From the IMG/VR virus record IMGVR_UViG_3300042938_002732, positions 1 through 64,000 of that record: DNA of 64,000 nucleotides, one strand, 5' to 3'. This document shows positions 1-8,639 of the stretch, one piece after another. This DNA comes from a virus. The position numbers were made by a program, and so were the translations under genes. Under the pieces are notes generated by a model. The model had not been told where the DNA came from. It saw only the letters and a program-made list of their open reading frames with translations, and did not search any database. The first letter of the stretch is position 1. Every line of letters starts with the position of its first letter.

Positions 1-108
1 TTATTACTATCGCGCCGCGCGCTAAAAGATTCGCGCCGCGCGCCGCGCCGCTTGCGCGCCGCTTTGCTTATTACTATCGCGCCGCGCGCTAAAAGATTCG
101 CGCCGCGC
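1..108. repeat. 41-bp direct repeat (1-41 and 68-108) in a CGCGCC-rich tract
   Basis: TTATTACTATCGCGCCGCGCGCTAAAAGATTCGCGCCGCGC occurs identically twice, 67 bp apart; may be truncated by the window edge. Confidence 0.9.
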
Positions 109-185
109 TAAAGCCCAGGAGAAAAAATCAGATATACATACTTATGTATAAGTATGTATATCCGTCCATCTTAAATGGGTGAGTG

Positions 186-231
186 GCCGTCCATTTGGAA
201 TTGGTGAAGCCGTCCGTGTGGAATTGGTGAA
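186..231. repeat. 23-bp tandem repeat directly upstream of the first GTTGAC box
   Basis: GCCGTCCATTTGGAATTGGTGAA then GCCGTCCGTGTGGAATTGGTGAA. Confidence 0.85.
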
Positions 232-256
232 AGGTTGACCGCTGCCGTGTGGGGGT

Positions 257-499
257 ATGAGCACGGACTGGCTGGAGATTTATAGGGACTACTCGGGGGA
301 GGAGCTTGAGGTGGAGATTACTCGCATGAAGCAGGAAGCGACGGTCTATCTTTCGCAGAATATCGCGGACAAGAGTTATCAGAAGTCCTTGGACGAAGTG
401 CGGAACCGGCTCCATGCGGCGATCCGTGTGCGCAATGAGCGGCGGTATCGGGATGTGCCGAGCTGGGGTGTGCCGGACTTCTCGGGTGGCATTCATTGA
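257..499 (+). CDS. probable gpW-like head-tail adaptor / head completion protein
   Basis: 80 aa, helix - 'SQNIADKSYQK' hairpin - helix layout typical of lambda gpW-like proteins; lies upstream of a lambda-type portal; GTTGAC 17 nt before ATG. Confidence 0.55.
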   Translation: MSTDWLEIYRDYSGEELEVEITRMKQEATVYLSQNIADKSYQKSLDEVRNRLHAAIRVRNERRYRDVPSWGVPDFSGGIH

Positions 500-515
500 C
501 AGGATTTCGGGTTGT

Positions 516-698
516 ATGGAAAAACGACTCGAAGGTGAAGACAAGGTGCGGATGCTGGAGCGCGAGATGCGGCAGTCGCCTTCGGGTGGCGCGGCGTGTC
601 CCAAGTGCGGGGTGCAGGTGCGCGATCCCTTCGGGGGCCGTCTGGTGATGCACGATGTGCCGGGTTGCCGTGTGGTGAGGGCGGATTCCAAGGGCTGA
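516..698 (+). CDS. small putative zinc-finger protein
   Basis: In-frame ATG in ORF 414..698; CPKC...H...C; ATTGAC 15 nt upstream. Confidence 0.55.
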   Translation: MEKRLEGEDKVRMLEREMRQSPSGGAACPKCGVQVRDPFGGRLVMHDVPGCRVVRADSKG

Positions 699-702
699 CA
701 TT

Positions 703-1227
703 ATGGCGGACCGTCTGTGTTTGTGTGGAGTGGCTGGGGCTGGCAAGTCGGCTCTGGCGAGGGTGCTGGCTCGGGACTATGGGTATGAGTTGGTAAAGTT
801 TGCGGACCCCCTCAAGGATATGCTGCGGGTGCTGGGCTTGGGGGCTGACGAGTTGGAGGGCGACAGAAAGGGTGTGCCGAGCGATTTGCTCTGCGCGCAC
901 ACGCCGCGCTGGGCCATGCAAAGTCTGGGCACGGAGTGGGGCCGTATGCGGATCGGTGAATCGCTGTGGGTCGATGCGTGGCGTCGGCGGGTCGAGGCGA
1001 TGCCTGCGGCGAAGATCGTGGTGGATGACTGCCGATTTCCAAATGAGTTGGAAGCGGCGAGGGTGCTGGGCTTTGTGCCCGTGCGGATACGGCGCGAGGG
1101 GGCGCGCGTGCATGGGGAGCGGCATCTCTCGGAGTATGCGCTGGACGAGGTGTGGATGCCGGAGTTCCTCAACGATGGGGCGCCGGAGGCTTTGGCACTC
1201 AACATACTGGGTCTTTATGAGCATTGA
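703..1227 (+). CDS. deoxynucleoside monophosphate kinase
   Basis: P-loop GVAGAGKS, FADPLK, PRWAMQSLGTEWGR, DDCRFPNE, HLSE motifs of phage dNMP kinases. Confidence 0.9.
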   Translation: MADRLCLCGVAGAGKSALARVLARDYGYELVKFADPLKDMLRVLGLGADELEGDRKGVPSDLLCAHTPRWAMQSLGTEWGRMRIGESLWVDAWRRRVEAMPAAKIVVDDCRFPNELEAARVLGFVPVRIRREGARVHGERHLSEYALDEVWMPEFLNDGAPEALALNILGLYEH

Positions 1228-1405
1228 TTTTTCTGTGCGGTTGGTGCTGTGTGCGAACGGGGTGGCCGTGGGGCCGCGCTTGCACAGGGACAAGCCATTC
1301 CCCCGCTATGAGTTGAGCTATCCCGATACGCCCGAGGGCCGTGAGCGGGCGGTGGCGGACCTGGCCCGCATCCAAAAATATGTGGAGGATTATGGAAAAA
1401 AGTAA
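1217..1405 (+). CDS. hypothetical protein
   Basis: In-frame ATG overlapping the kinase end; tight gene packing. Confidence 0.6.
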   Translation: MSIDFSVRLVLCANGVAVGPRLHRDKPFPRYELSYPDTPEGRERAVADLARIQKYVEDYGKK

Positions 1406-1580
1406 GCCCCCCGTCGATTCGCGACTGCTGTTTTTCAATGCGTTGCGCGAGAAGTTTAAGAGGCCGCTGTTGGCGGTTGAGCCGCCGTCCCAGCAGGCTG
1501 ATACGGAGGATGTCCCTCCCAGTCGGCAGATGGGGCTGGCTGAGTATATCGCCGTAAAGCGGCGTGGGGAGGCGCGATGA
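1392..1580 (+). CDS. hypothetical protein
   Basis: GGAGG before ATG 1392; ATGA overlap with next gene. Confidence 0.55.
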   Translation: MEKSKPPVDSRLLFFNALREKFKRPLLAVEPPSQQADTEDVPPSRQMGLAEYIAVKRRGEAR

Positions 1581-1822
1581 GTCGGGACGAGTTGTGGCGC
1601 AAGTTTGCGGCGAGGAACCCCTCCTTCGATGGAGACGGGGCGGTGACGCTCTCGGCGAGGGGTCTTCGCAAGCTCTTCCGCCAGACATGGGATTTTGCTT
1701 ACGAGGCGGGGTTGAGCGGCGAGCCGGACGACATGGACGGCACGGAGGCCGCCCCTCCAGGTGGGGTGCGAGATGACAGCAAGATCGAGGAATTAATGCG
1801 GATGTTTGGCATGAAAAAATGA
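1577..1822 (+). CDS. hypothetical protein
   Basis: ATGA coupling on both sides. Confidence 0.7.
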   Translation: MSRDELWRKFAARNPSFDGDGAVTLSARGLRKLFRQTWDFAYEAGLSGEPDDMDGTEAAPPGGVRDDSKIEELMRMFGMKK

Positions 1823-2118
1823 AAATCGAAGACGAAATCACGGGACTGACAGAGCAGTGGTATGAGCTCATCACTGCGGGGGGGCACAAGGATCGCGACT
1901 GCCACTGGTATGTCGAGGCGCGGTGGAGTTACGGGTTGCCGCAAGTCTATGTGGTCGTGCATGACGGGGGCGTGTTTGAGCGTGTGGAGGAGGAGTTTGA
2001 CACCTACGAGGAGGCTCTGGAGGGGCTCAAGGGTTACGTCGAGCGGGCGATCTCCGAGGAGGAGGCTGAGCGCGAGGATGACAGCGATGAGGATGGCGAC
2101 GAAGAGGAAGATTTATGA
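1819..2118 (+). CDS. acidic hypothetical protein
   Basis: ATGA coupling on both sides. Confidence 0.7.
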   Translation: MKIEDEITGLTEQWYELITAGGHKDRDCHWYVEARWSYGLPQVYVVVHDGGVFERVEEEFDTYEEALEGLKGYVERAISEEEAEREDDSDEDGDEEEDL

Positions 2119-2669
2119 AAACAAAACTGGTGGTCGTGGATGTGGAAACGGGGGGCTTGCGGGCGGATCGCCATGCCTTGCTCTCGATTGCAGCGGTGGA
2201 CTCCGAAAGCGGTGAGGCGTTTCGCGCCTTGATACGCCCTTCGGCAGATTGGCTCGTGGAGGCGGGAGCCTTGGAGGTCAATGGCTTGACCTTGGACTTC
2301 CTCCGTGATGCGGGCCGTGCCGAGCCGGTGGTGCTGGCGGAGTTCGTCGCGTGGATGGAGGCCCGGCGTGGCTTCATGGTGGCGGGCTGCAATGTGGCCT
2401 TCGACCTCGGCTTCTTGGAGGCCGCCGCGAAGCGCTGCAATGTGAAGTGGCAGTCTGGCCGCTCGCTGGATATTCGCGGAGCGGCATGGCTCGCCTATGA
2501 GACGAAGGGGCTGGAACTTGCGATCGGCAAGGATGGCAACCCCAAGCTCTCGCTCGACAGCATCGCAGGGGCGCTCGGCTTGAGCCGCACCAGCGAGAAA
2601 CATGATGCGCTCGAGGACGCCCTGCTCACGTTGGCGTGTTTCCGTGAACTGCTGGAGGGCGCGAAATGA
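2115..2669 (+). CDS. DEDDh 3'-5' exonuclease (DnaQ/RNase T-like)
   Basis: ExoI DVETGG, ExoII NVAFDLGF, ExoIII HDALED. Confidence 0.9.
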   Translation: MKTKLVVVDVETGGLRADRHALLSIAAVDSESGEAFRALIRPSADWLVEAGALEVNGLTLDFLRDAGRAEPVVLAEFVAWMEARRGFMVAGCNVAFDLGFLEAAAKRCNVKWQSGRSLDIRGAAWLAYETKGLELAIGKDGNPKLSLDSIAGALGLSRTSEKHDALEDALLTLACFRELLEGAK

Positions 2670-2995
2670 GTGACACACCAGAAACGGATAAAAATGTCTC
2701 GGTCGGTTTAGAAAATGCAGACCGCGAGTGTGTTCCAGTGGATTTTAGCCGCAAGCTGGAGCGCGAGCGAGACGAAGCACGAGCAGAGCGGGACATTCTC
2801 AAACTCGACGCCCAGCGCGAGGCTGAACACCATGACCGCATGGTGGGCGAGCTTGAAAAGGTCTACAAAGAGCGAGACGAGGCGCGGGAGGCGTTGATGC
2901 AAATTGAGGATTTATTTATAGATGGCACAGACATTTACGCGGACAGAGAAAAAATGGGAACTATTGCCAGGGCCGCATTGGAGGGCGCGCAATGA
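2666..2995 (+). CDS. 'MSDTPETD' family coiled-coil protein
   Basis: N-terminal MSDTPETD and RKLERERDEAR shared with 2992..3468 and 63482..63967. Confidence 0.7.
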   Translation: MSDTPETDKNVSVGLENADRECVPVDFSRKLERERDEARAERDILKLDAQREAEHHDRMVGELEKVYKERDEAREALMQIEDLFIDGTDIYADREKMGTIARAALEGAQ

Positions 2996-3468
2996 GCGAC
3001 ACGCCGGAGACGGATGCTTTTGCCGTTAAATTCAAAACAACTTGTGGTGAAAAATATTGGGTTCCGGTTGACTGTTCTCGCAAACTGGAGCGCGAGCGCG
3101 ACGAGGCGCGGGCGGATTTAGAGTTTCGGCGTGGTCTTTACAAGGTTCAAGAACAATACCTTGAGACGGCAAGGCGCGAGCGCGACGAGTCGAGAAAAAA
3201 CATGAAGAATAAATACTGGATTATCGACCTCGATGGCTTCGGCATGACGGAAGTCACAAAAACGGCCCATGGCCCATTCAAATCCGTCGCGGAGGCTGAG
3301 AAGTGGCTCAAGGAAGATGCGGGGGAGTCGTTTGCATCCTTCAACGAGTTGGAAAAACTCGGGCCAGACCATAGCTGGGCTGCTCCGGTTTTGATCGTGG
3401 AGGAAAAGAAGAGGCTCCAGCAAGTGCCTGTGGTGGGCTTTGAGATTAAGTTGGAGAAAGTGAAGTAA
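2992..3468 (+). CDS. 'MSDTPETD' family protein with an unrelated C-terminal domain
   Basis: Same N-terminal and ERERDE motifs; ATGA coupling. Confidence 0.7.
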   Translation: MSDTPETDAFAVKFKTTCGEKYWVPVDCSRKLERERDEARADLEFRRGLYKVQEQYLETARRERDESRKNMKNKYWIIDLDGFGMTEVTKTAHGPFKSVAEAEKWLKEDAGESFASFNELEKLGPDHSWAAPVLIVEEKKRLQQVPVVGFEIKLEKVK

Positions 3469-4122
3469 ATGGAATTTCAAGAGTTCCCTAAAATGTCGCG
3501 CTTGTCGCGCGAGATGATCGTGACCGAGAAGATCGACGGCACGAATGCCCAGGTCTATATCGTGGCGAATCCCGCTGGGTTTTACACGGAGAAGCATCCC
3601 GCCTCGGTGATCGCCGAGGGGAGTTGCGGCGGCGAGCCTGCGGTGATCTTCGCCGGATCGCGTTCCCGCTATATTACTCCGCAGGATGACAATTTCGGCT
3701 TCGCGGCGTGGGTGCGCGATCACGCGCAGGAGCTTTTCGGCCTCGGCTTTGGGCGGCACTTCGGCGAGTGGTGGGGGCGCGGCATACAGCGCAACTACGG
3801 CTTGCAGGATCGGCGGTGGAGTCTTTTTAATGTGTCGCGCTGGTGCCTCCACGGGCAGGAGCCGCAGTGTATGCCGAGCGCGGATCCCCGAGTAGAAAAA
3901 TACCAAGAGCCTCTGCCCGAGTGCTGTGGCCTTGTGCCGGTGCTCCACAGGGGCAAGTTCAGCACCCTGCTATGCGACTTGGTGCTGGACGGGCTACGCA
4001 TGAGCGGGAGCGCTGCCAGCCCCGGCTTTATGAATCCCGAAGGCATCGTCGCTTTCCATGTCTCGGCCAATGCGGGGTTCAAGAAGACGCTTGGCAGTGA
4101 CGGCGCGAAGGGAAGCTGTTAA
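3469..4122 (+). CDS. RNA ligase (Rnl2-like nucleotidyltransferase domain)
   Basis: Motif I TEKIDGTN, GSR, motif III FGEW, IIIa LFNV, VPVL, motif IV PEGIV, motif V FK. Confidence 0.8.
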   Translation: MEFQEFPKMSRLSREMIVTEKIDGTNAQVYIVANPAGFYTEKHPASVIAEGSCGGEPAVIFAGSRSRYITPQDDNFGFAAWVRDHAQELFGLGFGRHFGEWWGRGIQRNYGLQDRRWSLFNVSRWCLHGQEPQCMPSADPRVEKYQEPLPECCGLVPVLHRGKFSTLLCDLVLDGLRMSGSAASPGFMNPEGIVAFHVSANAGFKKTLGSDGAKGSC

Positions 4123-4279
4123 AAAAACAGCACAGGATTTTCAACAAATTTGAGAGCAATAACGTGGCAATGTGGCGGAATGACCCTTGGCAGGGTTTCA
4201 TCTGGTCAGCATAAAGCCATTTCCGTAACCACATAAAATCGGGAACTCTCATTCCTTGTTGACTGCAAAATTTGGGCGC

Positions 4280-4453
4280 ATGAGCGACGAATATCCCAAG
4301 TGGGTCTGTATGGACTGCGGCAAGAAGCACGGGCGCAAGATTCCCGAGGTGGCGAGTTGGCACTATGGCAAGTGTGATGTGTGCGAGAAAAATCATCCCG
4401 TCAGCGAGCCCCGTGACTTCGGGCATTTCCACCGCTGGTTCCGCAAGAAATGA
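4280..4453 (+). CDS. small zinc-finger protein
   Basis: CMDC...CDVC; GTTGAC 16 nt upstream of ATG 4280. Confidence 0.65.
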   Translation: MSDEYPKWVCMDCGKKHGRKIPEVASWHYGKCDVCEKNHPVSEPRDFGHFHRWFRKK

Positions 4454-4743
4454 ACTGCCCTGAATGCGGCGGCGATACGCGGGTGGTCGATAGCCGTCCG
4501 CACAAGGAAGGTGTGTGGCGGCGGCGCAAGTGCGCGGCGGGGCACCTCTCCTACACATTGGAATGCCAAGCGCCCGCTCCCGCAAAACGTCTGCCGAAGC
4601 CTCCCGCAAAGCCTAAAGAGCCCAAGCCTTTGCCCGCGCCAAAGCGCAAAGCGCAAGTCGCTCCCCCTGCGGAGGACTGGAACTTGAAGGTCACGGATGC
4701 CACGCCGCTATGGGTGCGCTCGATGGCGATGAAGCTCGGTTGA
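4450..4743 (+). CDS. NrdR-like N-terminal zinc-ribbon protein
   Basis: MNCPECGGDTRVVDSR...RRRKC...YTLE matches the NrdR Zn ribbon; no ATP-cone. Confidence 0.75.
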   Translation: MNCPECGGDTRVVDSRPHKEGVWRRRKCAAGHLSYTLECQAPAPAKRLPKPPAKPKEPKPLPAPKRKAQVAPPAEDWNLKVTDATPLWVRSMAMKLG

Positions 4744-4761
4744 CCGCCATGCGCTGTGGGC

Positions 4762-5298
4762 ATGGGGATTCAGCACAAAGAGAGATTGCGCGAGTTGGCA
4801 GAGGTCAGCAGGGAGTTCGGACTGCTTGGACACCCGCTCAAATACTCGCGCCCATACATTTATGGAGACCATAGCCTGCCGAGGGGGAATGGCGAATACG
4901 AGGCGCCCGAGGCATTTCGGCTCACCAACCAAGGGGAAAGTTTCGCTCCCGGTCAAGAAGAGGCAATAGCCAAAGCCAGAAAGGGCGGTGCGATCTCTGT
5001 GGGGCTCAAGAAGACCACAAAGGGAGGGTGGCGGTCGATTGCTGAAGCAAACGGCCTCACCCGCGCGGCGGATATGAAGCACAGCGTGCTCAGGCACGAA
5101 ATCGTCCACTCGATCCAGAGGGCGAAGGCGGCATCCCAAGGGCAATCTTATGTGAGAAACATGATGAACCCCGTCAAGCGATACATCGCCGAGGTGGGCG
5201 CTTACGCCACGCAAAACCGAAGAAGACCCGGCAGAAGCATCGTGGAACGGCTGTTCCCGACATTCAAGGCCATGCTTAGTGCGAGGAGGTCGATGTGA
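4762..5298 (+). CDS. motif-tagged cargo protein with HExxH metallopeptidase-like module
   Basis: N-terminal HKERLRELAEVSREF; HEIVH followed by EVGAY; GTTGAC 17 nt upstream. Confidence 0.7.
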   Translation: MGIQHKERLRELAEVSREFGLLGHPLKYSRPYIYGDHSLPRGNGEYEAPEAFRLTNQGESFAPGQEEAIAKARKGGAISVGLKKTTKGGWRSIAEANGLTRAADMKHSVLRHEIVHSIQRAKAASQGQSYVRNMMNPVKRYIAEVGAYATQNRRRPGRSIVERLFPTFKAMLSARRSM

Positions 5299-6692
5299 TG
5301 ATTAACCACGGACGCAGAGGACACGGGTTGCGGGAATTCGCCCGTAGTGGGCGTCTGGTCGATGTTAATAATGCTGCTGCGGCTCGAATCAGTTTTGGGA
5401 CTGTAAAGAAGGCACTGAGGTGGTTGCGGGGAAAAAATCCTACTGCCACGCGCACTCGCAAGCCTGCCCCTCTTGGTTATGGTGTGGGAAGCAGTGCTTA
5501 TTATGATACAGATAGCAGAGTGATAGGGGTGCCTCGCAACTATCGGCATGGATCACCTGTTATTTCAGCACTGCATGAGCATGGGCACGCGGCCGATCAT
5601 GCGATTACGCATCGCGCTTTAACTCTTGTAGATCGGTTGGCAAATGGTGGATTACCAAATGCTAAGGGGCAAAGGGTTGTGCAAAAAACGGAAAAACGGG
5701 CAAATCGCGAAGTGCTAAAGGCTATTCAAGCAAACGGGTCGGCTGCGGAGGCGCTTGCGTGGAAGCAAGCGGCGAACCGGCAAATGCACAAAAATCGGAA
5801 CAACCATTTGCAAATGACGCATATCAATCTCCAAGGAGGGCTTGGAGCTATGGGGCAAGCCGGATTTAAGCCGTTAAAAGAAATGCCGCTTTCCTATAAA
5901 AAGCACCTTATTCAAACAAACTCTCACTTGCAAAAGTCGAAGAAATGGGAACTGGCGATTGATCGAGACAAAGCAAGATTGCGCGAGTTGGCACAGGTCA
6001 GCGGGCGGTTGGTGGAGTTTTCCGTAGCCTGGGCGCGGCGCTTGAAGAGCTTAAAACCCGAGACGGTGCAGAGATTAAAATCTGGGCTCGACAAGAAAGG
6101 TTTGCCGCTGATGCGCGAGCAGACTCGGCAAGTGGGCGGGCAGCTTGGCGAGGGCTTGGATTTCCGCACCTATGAATCCTTTACCCCTCAGCGGGGGCAT
6201 ACGGTCACGAAGGTTCTTAAAGAGCAAATGGGGGATCCGCCTCTGCCTCTCAAATGGCCCACGCCACCCGCAGTGGTTTCAGCTCTGGATAGAACGAAAA
6301 AAGCCTGGGCGGCGGTGGCGGCATCGCCCGCTGGCGCGCACGCGGCGCTGCCTGTGAGCTGGCACAAGGCGGGGTATGTGCAGGATCGCATGGTTCGCGT
6401 TCGTCCGGGCAAGGCTATCAATCAAGATTTCTTCGATAAAATAACTCCCTTCCCCAAAGTCGACCTCATTGCCAAATACGGTGCGGATGGTATCCGCTTA
6501 TTAAAGGAATCTGGCGGTCGGAAGGCGTGGTATAAAGTCCCCAAAGGCGCGATCGACTCGGAGCTTTATAGTGATGCGCAGCCGTGGCTGGGGCGAAAAG
6601 TGTCTGTGCAGGCGCACAACATCATGTTCGACCCCCGCCGTGGCAAGCGGAAGTTGGTTTTGACCGATCCGTTGGGGCAGGTATCCCGTTGA
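5295..6692 (+). CDS. two-module cargo protein (HExxH module + kinase-like module)
   Basis: LREFA near the N-terminus, KARLRELAQVSGRLVEF in the middle; HEHGH...EKRAN; LGEG, VTK, AHNIM, LTDP. Confidence 0.7.
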   Translation: MMINHGRRGHGLREFARSGRLVDVNNAAAARISFGTVKKALRWLRGKNPTATRTRKPAPLGYGVGSSAYYDTDSRVIGVPRNYRHGSPVISALHEHGHAADHAITHRALTLVDRLANGGLPNAKGQRVVQKTEKRANREVLKAIQANGSAAEALAWKQAANRQMHKNRNNHLQMTHINLQGGLGAMGQAGFKPLKEMPLSYKKHLIQTNSHLQKSKKWELAIDRDKARLRELAQVSGRLVEFSVAWARRLKSLKPETVQRLKSGLDKKGLPLMREQTRQVGGQLGEGLDFRTYESFTPQRGHTVTKVLKEQMGDPPLPLKWPTPPAVVSALDRTKKAWAAVAASPAGAHAALPVSWHKAGYVQDRMVRVRPGKAINQDFFDKITPFPKVDLIAKYGADGIRLLKESGGRKAWYKVPKGAIDSELYSDAQPWLGRKVSVQAHNIMFDPRRGKRKLVLTDPLGQVSR

Positions 6693-6710
6693 CTAGTCCG
6701 CAATGAGCGT

Positions 6711-6833
6711 ATGAACTTTCTTGGTCGAGGACACAAAGCAAGATTGCGCGAGTTGGCACCGGTCAGCAATTGTCGATCTTACACAAAGGCCCGGATACGA
6801 AGTTTCCTACACGCGCCAGCGTTGATATGCTAA
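6711..6833 (+). CDS. 40-aa mini ORF or relic: duplicated portal start fused to cargo motif
   Basis: Translates MNFLGRGHKARLRELAPVS...; its upstream region is a near copy of the portal upstream region. Confidence 0.45.
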   Translation: MNFLGRGHKARLRELAPVSNCRSYTKARIRSFLHAPALIC

Positions 6834-6849
6834 ACCTCCCCTCTCTCCC

Positions 6850-6885
6850 CTCCGTGCTCTCCGTGTCCTCCGTGTCCTCCGTGGT
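6850..6885 (-). repeat. short ACCACaGAGGACACgGAG element, copy 1 (inverted)
   Basis: Reverse complement matches 8601-8627 and 12484-12510. Confidence 0.8.
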
Positions 6886-6920
6886 GAATCCCCGCCCGTT
6901 GACTGCTCCGCAATGAGCGT

Positions 6921-8639
6921 ATGAACTTTCTTGATCGAGCGGTATCTTTTTTTGACCCCGAGGCTGGGGTAAGTCGGGCGCAGGCGCGGGAGCGGTTAAA
7001 GGCATTTGGCTATGATGCCGCTCAGCCTGGCACGAATCGCGGCGGCAGTGGCGGCAGGCAGAAGAACTCCTCCTCCGAGACATGGCGGATGCAGCGGGAT
7101 CGTCTTGTGCTCATGTGGGATGCGCGCGATGTGGTGCGGAATTTTTCGATCCTGCGCGGCATCATTTCGCGCATCGTCCAATACACGGCGGATACGGTTC
7201 AGTATGTTTCTCAAACGGGCGATGAGGAGATCGACTCGATGTATCAGGATTATTTCCATGTGTGGTGCGAGCAGGCGGATATCACGGGCCGTCACCGGCT
7301 CGGGGCTCTCGTTTCCATGGCGATGTGGAGTTTGCTGGTGGATGGCGACCACGGCTGGCACTTGGTGGAGATCGATGAGGGCGGCAAGAAGCAACTCCGC
7401 ATCCAATCCATCGAGGCCGACCGCATCGGGGATCCGAACAATCCGATGAGTCCAGGGAACAACAACGACATCGGCGGCATCATAGTGGACGAGATGGGCA
7501 GGCCGCTCTCCTATCGCATCTTCAAGCGCGAGCGGCGCACGGCATTGTATTCCTTTGAGCGGGAGATTCCTGCCGACCAGTTCATTCACATTTTCGACCC
7601 CATGCGGGTGGATCAATACCGAGGTGTCACGGCGCTCTCGACGGTGATCGCCCCCGCGCGGGATTTGTATGAGGTGTATCACTTTGAGAAGCTCGCCGCC
7701 AAGTGGCAGGTCGGCCATGCGGGATTCATCAAGGTCACAGACCCCACTCGCCGCGATGGCGGCATCTCGGCGTGGAATGGCACTAAGGACAACCGCCCCG
7801 ACTCTCCTGGCACGATGGCGATGGAGGCGGGAAAAATCCAGCGTCTCTCGCAGGGCGAGGACATCCAGTTCGCCCCCGGCACGAACCGCCCGAGCGGAGC
7901 GTTCATGGCGCTGGTGCAGACGATGGTGCGCGAGATCGCCAGCGGGCTGAATATGCCCTACGGGTTCCTCTACGACATGACGGCGTTCTCGGGTCACACG
8001 GGCCGCATCGAGATCGCGCAAGCCATGCGCTCGATCCGCCGCTACCAGAAGCTTCTTAGCGAGAAAGCCCTCGACCCGCTGCGTGATCGGGTGATCGGCC
8101 TCGGCATTTCCATGGGCGAGTTGCCTCCGCATCCGCAGTGGCGCAATGGCCGATGGGGCTTTGGCCGCTCGCTCACAGGCGATTATGGCCACGACACTTC
8201 GGCGAATCTCCAGCTTCTCCAAGCTGGACTCGTCACCGCGAGCGACCTCATCGCCGAGACAGGACAATCTTTCGAGGAAGTGGTGCGCCGCAGCGCCAGC
8301 GAAGTCGCTTACCTGCAACGGGTCGCCACTGAGACAGGTGTGCCGATCGAACTCATCAATCAACGCCTGCCTGGGCCGACTCAAGCCCTCGCCGCCATGG
8401 CCGAGCCGCCACAGCCGCCGCCACCTGGCCTCGTGCCGCAGGGCTTGGATGTGAAGCCGCTCTTGGAGCTTCTGAAAAATGTGGGCGAAGGCATCTTGGA
8501 TCGCGAAAGCGCGATTATCAATTTGATGAACCTGTATGGCGTGGAGCGCAATGCGGCGGAGAAGATGATCCCCGATGGGCCGAAGGAGAAGAAGGGATTG
8601 ACCACAGAGGACACGGAGAACACGGAGGGGGAGAAATGA
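6921..8639 (+). CDS. portal protein, lambda family
   Basis: ARDVVRN, DITGR, IEADRI, GGIIVDEMGRPLSY, FIHIFDPMRVDQYRGV, REIASGLNMPY are lambda gpB-type motifs. Confidence 0.92.
   Translation: MNFLDRAVSFFDPEAGVSRAQARERLKAFGYDAAQPGTNRGGSGGRQKNSSSETWRMQRDRLVLMWDARDVVRNFSILRGIISRIVQYTADTVQYVSQTGDEEIDSMYQDYFHVWCEQADITGRHRLGALVSMAMWSLLVDGDHGWHLVEIDEGGKKQLRIQSIEADRIGDPNNPMSPGNNNDIGGIIVDEMGRPLSYRIFKRERRTALYSFEREIPADQFIHIFDPMRVDQYRGVTALSTVIAPARDLYEVYHFEKLAAKWQVGHAGFIKVTDPTRRDGGISAWNGTKDNRPDSPGTMAMEAGKIQRLSQGEDIQFAPGTNRPSGAFMALVQTMVREIASGLNMPYGFLYDMTAFSGHTGRIEIAQAMRSIRRYQKLLSEKALDPLRDRVIGLGISMGELPPHPQWRNGRWGFGRSLTGDYGHDTSANLQLLQAGLVTASDLIAETGQSFEEVVRRSASEVAYLQRVATETGVPIELINQRLPGPTQALAAMAEPPQPPPPGLVPQGLDVKPLLELLKNVGEGILDRESAIINLMNLYGVERNAAEKMIPDGPKEKKGLTTEDTENTEGEK
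8601..8627 (+). repeat. short ACCACAGAGGACAC element, copy 2
   Basis: Encodes TTEDTENTE at the portal C-terminus, just before the MKEF start. Confidence 0.8.

Noticed and set aside
1-108. CRISPR array
   Set aside because: Only two copies, a low-complexity intervening sequence, and no cas genes in the window
6996-8384. Long minus-strand ORFs (also 44625..45722, 48320..49645, 62184..63659 and others)
   Set aside because: Antisense to well-supported genes; expected in GC-rich, codon-biased DNA
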